Positions 19,579 to 28,204 of a DNA stretch of 64,000 bases are shown in pieces; positions within the stretch are counted from its first letter, which is position 1; every line of letters begins with the position of its first letter. This DNA comes from Desulfarculia bacterium (lineage in GTDB: Bacteria; Desulfobacterota; Desulfarculia; G963662305), in contig OY759351.1 in NCBI GenBank assembly GCA_963662305.1, positions 960,428 to 1,024,427 of the forward strand, given 5' to 3'. Both the position numbers and the translations under genes were made by a program. The notes beneath the pieces were generated by a model that worked only from the letters and a program-made list of their open reading frames with translations, was not told the origin of the DNA and searched no databases.

Positions 19579-20346
19579 ATGTTAGGAAACGATGTGAGCG
19601 AAAAAAAGAACCTTTTGAGTTTCAAGGACAGCTTCAAGTTCCGCTGCCATCCGGGGGTTTCTTGTTTTACCACCTGCTGCGCCGACGTAACCATCTATCT
19701 GACCCCCTTTGACGTGGTCCGGCTGTGCCAGGCCCTTAAGCTGGAGTCGGACGTTTTTCTGAAGGAATGCACCATGGTCCTGAGCGGCCCCCGGCCGATC
19801 ATTCCTCTGGTGGTGCTGAAGATGCGGGAGGACAAGGAAGGCCTGCCCTGTCCCCTGGTCACCCCCGAGGGATGCTCCGTCTACGACTCCCGGCCCTGGT
19901 CCTGCCGGATGTTCCCCCTGGACCAGATCAGCAAGAACGAGTTTCAGACCATCGCCCAGTCCGATTTCTGCAAGGGCCTGGAGGAGGATTTCAACCAGCC
20001 GGTGCTGGACTACCTCCACAGCCAGGGGGTGGACAAGTCGGCGCTGATGGACGCGGCCTATCAGGAGATCACCAACCATCCCTCCCTGGACGGGATGGAT
20101 GTGGAAAACCCCAAGGTGGCCCAGATGGTCTACCTGGCCTGCTACAATCTGGACCGGTTCAAGGCCTTTGTGTTCGAATCCTCCTTCCTGGACAAGTTCG
20201 AGGTGGAGGAGGAGCGGCTGGAGAGGATCAGAAAAGACAAGGTGGAACTGCTCAAGTTCGGCTTCGACTGGGTAAAGTTCGGTCTTTTCGCGGAAAAGAC
20301 GCTGAAGATCAAACCCCAGGCCACAGGGGGAAAGGCAGGTGGGTGA
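19579..20346 (+). CDS. YkgJ-family putative Fe-S / zinc cluster protein (CxxCxxCC, UPF0153)
   Basis: CHPGVSCFTTCC motif and later CP...GC..Y..RP..CR.FP. Confidence 0.7.
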   Translation: MLGNDVSEKKNLLSFKDSFKFRCHPGVSCFTTCCADVTIYLTPFDVVRLCQALKLESDVFLKECTMVLSGPRPIIPLVVLKMREDKEGLPCPLVTPEGCSVYDSRPWSCRMFPLDQISKNEFQTIAQSDFCKGLEEDFNQPVLDYLHSQGVDKSALMDAAYQEITNHPSLDGMDVENPKVAQMVYLACYNLDRFKAFVFESSFLDKFEVEEERLERIRKDKVELLKFGFDWVKFGLFAEKTLKIKPQATGGKAGG

Positions 20347-21109
20347 GCGGGTGGAGAGCCCGGCCGGATCGCTGAAGCCGGTGGGCCGGGAGTTCCGGTT
20401 CGGCTGCCACCCCGGGGTGGACTGTTTCGGGGTCTGCTGCCACAAACTGGACCTGGTCCTTACCCCCTACGACATCCTGAGGCTGAAGAAGGCCCTGGGC
20501 ATGACCGCGGCCGATTTTTTGGAAAAGCACATCCTCCCGGCCGCTCCGGAGCGCTCCCGGTGGCCTCTGGTCAGACTCAAGATGGAGGCGGGAGAGGAGG
20601 GTCGCTGTCCCTTTCTGGTTCCGGAGGGCTGCCGGGTCTACCGTGACCGGCCCTCGGCCTGCCGGACCTATCCCCTGGCCCGGGCCGCCCAGAAGAACGC
20701 CCAGGGCCAGGTGGCCGAGCGGTTCTTCCTGGTGGAGGAGGCCCACTGCCACGGTTTCAAGGAACGGGAGACCTGGACCATCCAGGCCTGGGTGGCCGAC
20801 CAGGGGCTTGTTCAGTACCACCACTGGAACGACCGCTGGATGGAGATTCTGACTCATCCCCAGGGTCCGGGTGAGGGCCCCCAGACCAAGGCCAAGGTCG
20901 GCATGTTCTACCTGGCCTCCTACAACCTGGACCGCTTCCTGGAGTTCGTCTCCACCCCCAAGTTCGGTTCCCTGTTCGAGCTGGAAGCCGGATTCATGGA
21001 CCAGGCGGCCCAGGACCAGGAGAAGCTTCTGGCCCTGGCTTTCGACTGGATGAAGTTCTCCTTTTTCGGGGAGCCGACCATGAAGCTCAAGGAGGGAGCG
21101 GGGGGATAA
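20339..21109 (+). CDS. YkgJ-family paralog (CxxCxxCC); its GTG start overlaps the upstream stop
   Basis: CHPGVDCFGVCC; about 40% identity to the upstream gene along its whole length; GTGGGTGA overlap. Confidence 0.7.
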   Translation: MGERVESPAGSLKPVGREFRFGCHPGVDCFGVCCHKLDLVLTPYDILRLKKALGMTAADFLEKHILPAAPERSRWPLVRLKMEAGEEGRCPFLVPEGCRVYRDRPSACRTYPLARAAQKNAQGQVAERFFLVEEAHCHGFKERETWTIQAWVADQGLVQYHHWNDRWMEILTHPQGPGEGPQTKAKVGMFYLASYNLDRFLEFVSTPKFGSLFELEAGFMDQAAQDQEKLLALAFDWMKFSFFGEPTMKLKEGAGG

Positions 21110-21220
21110 TCCTGCTGTAAGTCCTTCCCTGCTCTTTAAACGAAAAGGATTCGGACGGGGGGGCTCTTAACAGGCGGTGCCAGGGCTGCATCCCCGAGGC
21201 CCACAATGGAGACCGCCTCC

Positions 21221-21395
21221 GCCGGCCCCTTCCATCCCGCTCGCGAAAAACATTTTTCTCCGGGCGGTTCTCTGTACTCCGGGCCTTTCATTACCGTGGG
21301 GTTGTTGGAACAACCATACAGACCCCGTGAAAGCTGGAGCTGAAGGAACGATACGCCGACCATTAAGGAAGCCGCCCCTGTTCATGGGCGGCCGT
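21221..21395 (+). repeat. copy A of a duplicated conserved non-coding element (131-nt core)
   Basis: About 80% identity to 26411-26541. Shared blocks are gccggcccctt, cgcgaaaaacatttttctccgggcg, gcctttcat.accg and cagaccccgtgaaagctggag.tgaaggaacga. Confidence 0.6.
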
Positions 21396-21435
21396 CAATC
21401 CTAAGGAGTTTGTCCGGTTAGGGTGGGGCGGGGGA

Positions 21436-21993
21436 TTAGTCCAGCTTCTCAACCCAGCCCATCACCCTGTCTCTGAGTTCCTTTTCCCCCAGCTCCACGG
21501 CCACGGACAGCAGCAGCTCAGCCGCCACCCCGGCCTTGGGGCGGGCCGAGCCCAGATGGGCCAGCAGTCCGGACACGTCGGCCTGGGCCTGGGCAGGGGC
21601 CGCTCCCAGCAGATCGGCGGCCAGGCCTCTCAATCCTTCGATCCCTTTGGGCCCCAGGACGGAAAGTTCCCGGTCAGTGTCCGGGACAGGGATTTTTCCC
21701 GCGATCAGCCCGCCCTGGGCCTGGCCCTGGGCGGCCGGGATTGCCAGGCCCAGCTTATCCGCTCCTTCCAGCCCGCTGTCGGTGAGGCGAACCGTCCCGC
21801 CCAGGCTGACTATCTCCACCAGGTGCCGGCCGATCAGGTCCTCGGCCGTGTGGCGGGTGCCCTCCTTGTCCAGGCCCAGTTCGGTTCCGATCTCGTACAT
21901 GGAGATGTTGACCGTAGTGTCGCCCCCGGTTTTTTCCACCAGCTTGGCCAGGAAATCCAGGGAGGTCTTGTTCAGATTGTCGATAAAAAGCAT
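21436..21993 (-). CDS. hypothetical protein
   Basis: 185-aa ORF with GC3-rich coding composition; no family recognised. Confidence 0.45.
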   Translation of the reverse strand: MLFIDNLNKTSLDFLAKLVEKTGGDTTVNISMYEIGTELGLDKEGTRHTAEDLIGRHLVEIVSLGGTVRLTDSGLEGADKLGLAIPAAQGQAQGGLIAGKIPVPDTDRELSVLGPKGIEGLRGLAADLLGAAPAQAQADVSGLLAHLGSARPKAGVAAELLLSVAVELGEKELRDRVMGWVEKLD

Positions 21994-22195
21994 CTTGCGC
22001 CTTTCCGCCGCTTGGGGCTTGTCTTGCCAGGAGATGAAAACTCTATGAGTCTACCAGAAGTTTCGAAGTTTCCCAGCGATAACCGGCCCGGGATGCGGGT
22101 CCGGGGGCCAGGTGGCCGGACTTTACAAAACCCTCTCTTTTTGCGAAGCTCTTGATTGGCCGCCAGGCATATAAGCGATCGAACAGGAGTGAGAG

Positions 22196-22906
22196 ATGCC
22201 TCTTTCCATCCAACCCCTTTGCGTGGGGATCAACCAGACCGACCAGGGCATAATGACCTACCAGCGGGGCTACGGCCAGAGAATCCTTCTGCCCATCTAC
22301 ATGTGGCTGATCAAGGGCGCCTCCAGGACCGTCCTGGTGGACACCGGCATGGAGGAGTTCATGGTTCCGGAAGGGGCCGAGGAGAGCATAGGCTTCCCCA
22401 TCCTGGAATTCGAGGAGGCCCTTGAGCGCCACGGCCTGACCCCGGAGAAGATAGACCTGCTCATCCAGACCCACCTCCACAACGACCACTGCGAGAACTC
22501 CTACAAGTGCACCAATGCGGAAGTCCTGGTCCAGCAGGCCGAGTGGGAGTTCGCCTTATCTCCCCACCCCCTGGATCACCGCTATTTCCCGGATCTGCTG
22601 GAGGACCTGGAGCCGACCCTGATCAGGGGCGATTATGAGGTGGAGCCGGGGCTGGAGCTGCTATTCACTCCGGGCCACACTCCCGGCGGCCAGTCCGTGG
22701 CCATCCAAACTTCGGCCGGCAGGGCCGTCATCACCGGATTCTGCTGCAACGCCAAAAATTTCCCGGCCAGCGGCCCGGCCGTCTGCTCCGGGGTCCACAC
22801 CGACCCCCTGGCGGCCTATGATTCGGCCCAGCGGGTCAAGGCCGAGGCGGATCTGATCCTGGCCTGCCACGATCCGGCCTGGGGCACCGGGGAGGTTGTT
22901 TCATAG
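22196..22906 (+). CDS. MBL-fold metallohydrolase (AHL-lactonase-like HxHxDH)
   Basis: THLHNDHC motif and downstream His/Asp ligands; AGGAG ribosome-binding site 8 nt upstream. Confidence 0.7.
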   Translation: MPLSIQPLCVGINQTDQGIMTYQRGYGQRILLPIYMWLIKGASRTVLVDTGMEEFMVPEGAEESIGFPILEFEEALERHGLTPEKIDLLIQTHLHNDHCENSYKCTNAEVLVQQAEWEFALSPHPLDHRYFPDLLEDLEPTLIRGDYEVEPGLELLFTPGHTPGGQSVAIQTSAGRAVITGFCCNAKNFPASGPAVCSGVHTDPLAAYDSAQRVKAEADLILACHDPAWGTGEVVS

Positions 22907-22948
22907 AGCCGACTAAAGCGGCGGCTTGCGGTTGCGGCCCAATCCCCC

Positions 22949-22997
22949 GGGCTGTCCTTCCTTGACAGCCCGGCCCTGGCAACGATATCGTTTTTTT
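22949..22997 (+). terminator. intrinsic terminator (two hairpins; the second is followed by T7)
   Basis: gggctgtc-cttcctt-gacagccc, then aacgat|atcgtt followed by ttttttt. Confidence 0.5.
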
Positions 22998-23230
22998 AGG
23001 ATACCGCCTGGGGCGGAAGCCGTGACCCGGAGGTTCCGGGCCAAGGCGTAGGCTGCGAAAATTGAAAAGCGCTGGGGCCCCGCCCCGGCGCCTGGAACGG
23101 AACAGGTAGCGATCGTTCTGAATTTCCGGATGCGCTGTGTTCACCCCGGTCAGCGCGCCGTGGGGCGGCGTTTTCTGATTGAGCTTCAACTGCGGTCAGG
23201 GAGGGCGGCCCGGATACTGGGAGGCGGAAG

Positions 23231-25201
23231 GTGAATCCTTACAAGTTGCTTTTCAGTCCCCTTAACATAAATTCCATAACCCTTAAAAACCGGCTGGTCA
23301 TGCCCCCCATGGGAACCAATCTGCCCACCCGCACGGGCGAGGTCACCCAGGAGTTGATCGACCACTACGCCGCCAGGGCCAGGGGCGGGGTGGCCTTGGT
23401 GACGGTGGAGGGAACCACGGTCCATTCCTCGGGCCGGGGTTTCAACTTTCAGCTTTGCGCCGACCGGGACGAGCTGATTCCCGGCCTGGCCGACCTGGCC
23501 GGAGCTATAAAGGAGGTCGGGGCCGTGGCCCTGCTCCAGCTCCACCACGGCGGCCGCAACACCGACGTCCGGGTTTCGGGCCGGCCCCCCCTGGCCCCTT
23601 CGGCCCTGCGCAGCCCGGTGAGCCGGGTCACCCCCGAAGCCATGAGCCTGGACCAGATAGAGCTGATGGTGGAGGCCTACGGCCGGGCCGCGGAGCGAGC
23701 CCTGGAAGCCGGCTTCGACGGGGTGGAGCTTCACGGAGCCCATGAGTACCTGATCCACCAGTTCCTCTCGCCCTACTGCAACCGGCGCACGGACGACTAC
23801 GGCGGCAGCGAGGAGAACCGGCTCCGCTTCCCCCTGGAGGTCATCGCCCGGATCAGGCGGCGTCTGAAAAACGAGATTCTGTCCTTCCGGCTCAACGGCT
23901 CGGATTATGTTCCGGGCGGGTTGACCATCGAGGAGGGGGTCCGCATTGCCCAGGCCTTGGTCCGGGCCGGGGTGGACCTGATCTCGGTCACGGCCGGGCT
24001 GTACGAGACCCCCCACAAGCTCATCCCCCCCCTGGACACCCCCCGGGGGACCCACCTGGACCTGGCCGCCGAAGTGAAAAAAAGGGTGGACCGGCCGGTG
24101 GTGGGGGTGGGCCGGATCATCGACCCGGCCCAGGCCGAGCTGGCCCTGCGCCGGAACCAGGCCGACCTGATCGCCGTGGGCCGGGCCCTGCTGGCCGATC
24201 CGGAATGGCCCCGCAAGGCCCGGGAGGGCAGGTGGAAGACCATCCGCCGCTGCGTGGGCTGCAACCAGGGCTGTATCGACCACATGTTTTCCGACCGCCC
24301 CGTGACCTGCCTCTACAACCCCCGCACCGGCCACGAGCGGGAGCTGGCCCCCCGGCCCTGCACCCGGTCCAAACGGGTGGTGGTGGTGGGGGCCGGTCCG
24401 GCCGGCCTGGAGGCGGCCAGGGCCCTGGACCGGATGGGTCACCGGGTCATCCTCCTGGAAAAGGAGCACCGCATCGGCGGCCAGGTCAACCTGGCCAGCC
24501 GCGCCCCAGGCAAGGAGGAATTCCGCTACATCATCGATTATTACCGGCAGGTTTTGAAACAAAGCGGCATCGACCTGCGTCTGGGCACGGAGGCCGACGC
24601 CCGCGCCGTACTGGATCTGGACCCCGACGAGGTGGTGGTGGCCACCGGCTCGGTGCCCCTGAAGCCGGACCTGCCCGGACTGGACGACCCCGGGATCCTC
24701 ACGGCCCACCAGGTCCTCTCCGGAGAGGCGGAGGCGGGCCGCCGGGTGGTCATCCTGGGCGGGGGTAATGTGGGTCTGGAGACGGCTTATCTCCTCCTCA
24801 GCCAGGGCCGGGAGGTGACCGTCATGGAGATGGGCCAGCAGGTGGGCCGGGATCTTGGCCCGGCCCGGCGGTACCTGCTCAACAGAAAGTTGCGGGACCT
24901 GAAGCTGAAACGGCTGGTCAGCTGCAAGATCCGCCGGGTCCACTCGGACCGGGTCTCCTACGTCCGCTATCTCAACGACGGCCGCCGGACCCACCAGGAG
25001 CTGACCGGGATAGACAGCCTGATCGTGGCCCTGGGAGTGCGTCCCCAGGACAGGCTGGCCCTGGAGCTGGAGGAGGTGGATCTGCCGGTCCACCTCATCG
25101 GCGACGCTCTTACCCCGGGCAAGATCCTGGACGCGGCAGGGGAGGGGGCCAGGGTGGCCCAGCTGATAAACGGTCAGGCCGAAAAAAGGAAAATCGCTTG
25201 A
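23231..25201 (+). CDS. NADH:flavin oxidoreductase (Old Yellow Enzyme TIM barrel) fused to an FAD/NAD(P)-binding domain, 2,4-dienoyl-CoA-reductase-like
   Basis: The N-terminal OYE motifs are GVELHGAHEYL and FLSPYCNRRTDDYGGS. A GCNQGC motif follows. The C-terminal domain has a VVVVGAGPAGLEAA Rossmann fold. Confidence 0.8.
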   Translation: MNPYKLLFSPLNINSITLKNRLVMPPMGTNLPTRTGEVTQELIDHYAARARGGVALVTVEGTTVHSSGRGFNFQLCADRDELIPGLADLAGAIKEVGAVALLQLHHGGRNTDVRVSGRPPLAPSALRSPVSRVTPEAMSLDQIELMVEAYGRAAERALEAGFDGVELHGAHEYLIHQFLSPYCNRRTDDYGGSEENRLRFPLEVIARIRRRLKNEILSFRLNGSDYVPGGLTIEEGVRIAQALVRAGVDLISVTAGLYETPHKLIPPLDTPRGTHLDLAAEVKKRVDRPVVGVGRIIDPAQAELALRRNQADLIAVGRALLADPEWPRKAREGRWKTIRRCVGCNQGCIDHMFSDRPVTCLYNPRTGHERELAPRPCTRSKRVVVVGAGPAGLEAARALDRMGHRVILLEKEHRIGGQVNLASRAPGKEEFRYIIDYYRQVLKQSGIDLRLGTEADARAVLDLDPDEVVVATGSVPLKPDLPGLDDPGILTAHQVLSGEAEAGRRVVILGGGNVGLETAYLLLSQGREVTVMEMGQQVGRDLGPARRYLLNRKLRDLKLKRLVSCKIRRVHSDRVSYVRYLNDGRRTHQELTGIDSLIVALGVRPQDRLALELEEVDLPVHLIGDALTPGKILDAAGEGARVAQLINGQAEKRKIA

Positions 25202-26250
25202 ACTACACGTATAGCAACCGTTCCATCCGTTCCGTTCTGGAGGAGGTGGAGGAGAAGACCCTCTCTCCCCTGGCCGCCAGGTCGGCCCGGAGCCGGGGCC
25301 GTCTCAGGCCCGAGCCGGAGTGCGACCTGCGCCCGGCCTTTCAGCACGACCGGGACCGCATCCTCCATTCCAAGGCCTTCAGGAGGCTGAAGCACAAGTC
25401 CCAGGTCTTTCTCTCCCCCACCGGGGACCACTACCGGACCCGGCTGACCCACACCCTGGAGGTGGCCCAGATCGCCCGGACCATGGCCAGGTCGTTGCGC
25501 CTCAACGAGGACCTGACCGAGGCCATCGCCCTGGGCCACGACCTGGGCCACACCCCCTTCGGCCACGCCGGGGAGTCGGTCCTGGACAGTATTGTGGAGG
25601 GCGGGTTCCGCCACAACGAACAGTCTTTGCGGGTGGTGGATATCCTGGAGGGGCTCAATCTGACCTTCGAGGTCAGGGACGGCATCCTGAAGCATTCCAA
25701 GGGCAAGGGCCAAATCCTGGACAACGACCCGGAGCTGATGGCCCGGACCCTGGAGGGCCGGCTGGTCCGGGTGGCCGACATCATCGCCTACATCTGCCAC
25801 GACATCGACGACGCCCTCCGGGCCGGGGTCCTGGTCGAGGGGGACCTGCCCGCCGAATACACCGACCTGGTGGGGCGGACCCATTCCAGCCGGATCGGGA
25901 CCATGGTCCGGGACCTGATCATGACCACCCTCCAGGTCGGCGACGGGGACCTGCATCTGACTTCGGAGATGACCCAGGCCATGGCGGGGCTGCGCGAATT
26001 CCTCTACGCCGAGGTCTACGGCAACCGGACCATCAAACGGGATTTCGATCGGGCCAGGAAGGTCCTGGCCGACCTGTTCCGGGCCGTGAAGGAGGAACCA
26101 GGGAGGCCCGAGTTCGGCGGAGCGGTAGCCGTCCGGGCGGGCGACGACGGCACCCAGGCCGCGGTGGACTTCATCGCCGGCATGACCGACCGCTACGCCC
26201 TGGACCTGTACGACAAGCTGTTCCTGCCCCGGCCCTGGGCGGTGCTTTAG
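25198..26250 (+). CDS. dgt: dGTPase-like HD-domain phosphohydrolase
   Basis: FQRDRDRILHSKAFRRL and HD motifs HTLEVAQI...GHDLGHTPFGH; TTG start overlaps the upstream stop (TTGA). Confidence 0.8.
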   Translation: MNYTYSNRSIRSVLEEVEEKTLSPLAARSARSRGRLRPEPECDLRPAFQHDRDRILHSKAFRRLKHKSQVFLSPTGDHYRTRLTHTLEVAQIARTMARSLRLNEDLTEAIALGHDLGHTPFGHAGESVLDSIVEGGFRHNEQSLRVVDILEGLNLTFEVRDGILKHSKGKGQILDNDPELMARTLEGRLVRVADIIAYICHDIDDALRAGVLVEGDLPAEYTDLVGRTHSSRIGTMVRDLIMTTLQVGDGDLHLTSEMTQAMAGLREFLYAEVYGNRTIKRDFDRARKVLADLFRAVKEEPGRPEFGGAVAVRAGDDGTQAAVDFIAGMTDRYALDLYDKLFLPRPWAVL

Positions 26251-26410
26251 AGGCCGGTGGAACAACCGATCAGGCCCTGTGAACAAAGGGCAGATTTTCT
26301 GCGTCACCTTGCTTGGAAGCTGAGTATGGGGTTAGGCAATCGTCCTTTTACCTCCGGCGGTCGCTCCGCTATGGCCAAGGGGCCTGTACGCCTTTTCCGG
26401 GAAAAGGCTC

Positions 26411-26580
26411 GCCGGCCCCTTGGAACCCCGCTTGCGAAAACCATTTTTCTCCGGGCGCCTCAAACCAATTTTGCCTTTCATACCGAAAGGGTGATTGGAG
26501 CAGCCCGTCAGACCCCGTGAAAGCTGGAGATGAAGGAACGAGAAGCCCAAAATAATGTTTCCCGACCATTTCATGGCCGG
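26411..26580 (+). repeat. copy B of the duplicated conserved non-coding element
   Basis: The core is the same length (131 nt) as 21221-21351, with compensating 1-nt indels. Confidence 0.6.
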
Positions 26581-26600
26581 TGCTTTACGGACAAGATTTT

Positions 26601-26727
26601 GGGTGCGACTGCCGAGGTCACACCCCGACACAGAGAAAAAATGTCCCCTCTCCCCCCCTGGGGGAGAGGATTAAGGTGAGGGGGGTTTCTCGATTAAGTG
26701 GCGTCAGGGCTGCGTCCATGACAGCGA
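26601..26727. repeat. cluster of GC-rich palindromic repeats (REP-like)
   Basis: The cluster holds gggtgcgactgccgaggtcacaccccgac, cctctccccccctgggggagagg and gtggcgtcagggctgcgtcc. These words are shared with the 2302-2448 locus. Confidence 0.55.
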
Positions 26728-26878
26728 ATAGGAATCGAATGCGCTCTTTCCGGAATCCTCCCGTGAGGGCCGAGGAGCAGCTCCAATTTAACCTTGTCCG
26801 GTGGGGTGGTACGGACTATATTTGGGCTTTCGAGCCGCCGCTCCATCCGCCGCTGAACTTCACTTCCGGGAGAATTGT

Positions 26879-28147
26879 TTGGATCGAATCGTAATCAAAG
26901 GAGGCCGGCCCCTCAAGGGGGAGATCCCTATCTCCGGGGCCAAGAACGCCTGCCTGCCCATCATGACCGCCACCCTTTTAACCGACCGCACCTGCACCCT
27001 GCGGGGCGTGCCCGAACTGATGGACGTCCGGACCATGGCCCGGCTTCTGGCCCACCTGGGGGTGGAGGTGACTCCGGAGATGGCCCGGGCCGAGACGGTC
27101 ACCTTCAAGGACGGCAATCTCTCCACCGTGGAGGCGCCCTACGAGCTGGTCAAGACCATGCGGGCCTCGGTCCTGGTCCTGGGGCCCCTGGTGGCCCGGC
27201 ACCGCCGGGCCAGGGTCTCCCTGCCCGGAGGCTGCGCCATCGGGGCCCGGCCTATCAACCTCCACCTCAAGGGCTTGGCCGCCATGGGAGCCACCATCGA
27301 GCTGGAGGAGGGCTATGTGGTGGCCTCGGCCAGGAGGCTCAAAGGCGCGGACTTCACCTTTGACCAGGTCACCGTGACCGGAACCGAGAACCTGGTCATG
27401 GCCGCGGTCCTGGCCAGGGGCGAAACGGTGCTCCGCAATGCGGCCAGAGAGCCCGAGGTGGCTGATTTGTGCCGGGTCCTGATCCGGATGGGGGCCCGGA
27501 TAGAGGGACTGGACACGGACACCTTGACCATTGAGGGGGTGGACCAGCTGGAGGGCTTCGACTACCGGGTTATGCCCGACCGGATCGAGACCGGGACCTA
27601 TCTGGCCGCGGCGGCCATTACCGGCTCCCGGCTGAGCCTGACCAAGGCCCGGCCCGAGACCCTGGGTGCGGTCCTGGCCAAATTCAGGGAGGCCGGGGTG
27701 GTGCTCAAGACGGGGCCGGACCGCCTGGAGATCGACGCCCGCCAGGGCGGCCTCCGGGCAGTGGACTGCACCACCGCGCCCTATCCCGGATTCCCCACGG
27801 ACATGCAGGCCCAGCTCATGGCGGCCGTGTCCCTGGCCCAGGGAACCTCGGTGATCAAGGAATCCATCTTCGAGAACCGGTTCATGCACGTCCAGGAGCT
27901 GGCCCGGCTGGGGGCCGACATCCAGGTGGACGGCAACCGGGCCGTGGTCCGGGGGGTGGCCCACCTTTCCGGGGCTCCGGTCATGGCCACGGACCTGCGG
28001 GCCTCGGCCTGCCTGATCGTGGCCGGGCTGGCCGCCCGGGGGGAGACCACCATCCGCCGGGTCTACCACCTGGACCGGGGCTACGAGCGGATCGTGCGCA
28101 AGCTCTCGGCCGCAGGAGCGGAAATCCGGCGGGAGAAGGACAAATAG
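26879..28147 (+). CDS. murA: UDP-N-acetylglucosamine 1-carboxyvinyltransferase
   Basis: [19 protein letters not shown]-terminus and active-site region. The start is probably TTG 26879; the listed ORF extends further upstream. Confidence 0.85.
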   Translation: MDRIVIKGGRPLKGEIPISGAKNACLPIMTATLLTDRTCTLRGVPELMDVRTMARLLAHLGVEVTPEMARAETVTFKDGNLSTVEAPYELVKTMRASVLVLGPLVARHRRARVSLPGGCAIGARPINLHLKGLAAMGATIELEEGYVVASARRLKGADFTFDQVTVTGTENLVMAAVLARGETVLRNAAREPEVADLCRVLIRMGARIEGLDTDTLTIEGVDQLEGFDYRVMPDRIETGTYLAAAAITGSRLSLTKARPETLGAVLAKFREAGVVLKTGPDRLEIDARQGGLRAVDCTTAPYPGFPTDMQAQLMAAVSLAQGTSVIKESIFENRFMHVQELARLGADIQVDGNRAVVRGVAHLSGAPVMATDLRASACLIVAGLAARGETTIRRVYHLDRGYERIVRKLSAAGAEIRREKDK

Positions 28148-28204
28148 AAGGTCAGCTTTTCTTAGCCAGATGATCGCCCCGGCCGATGCGGAGACGATTC
28201 AGCC

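Noticed and set aside
21300-21400. Possible SRP (4.5S) RNA identity for the duplicated element because of GCTGAAGGAACGA
   Set aside because: It lacks the conserved AGCAGCC domain-IV motif and the terminal helix. It is also present in two copies, whereas SRP RNA is single-copy.
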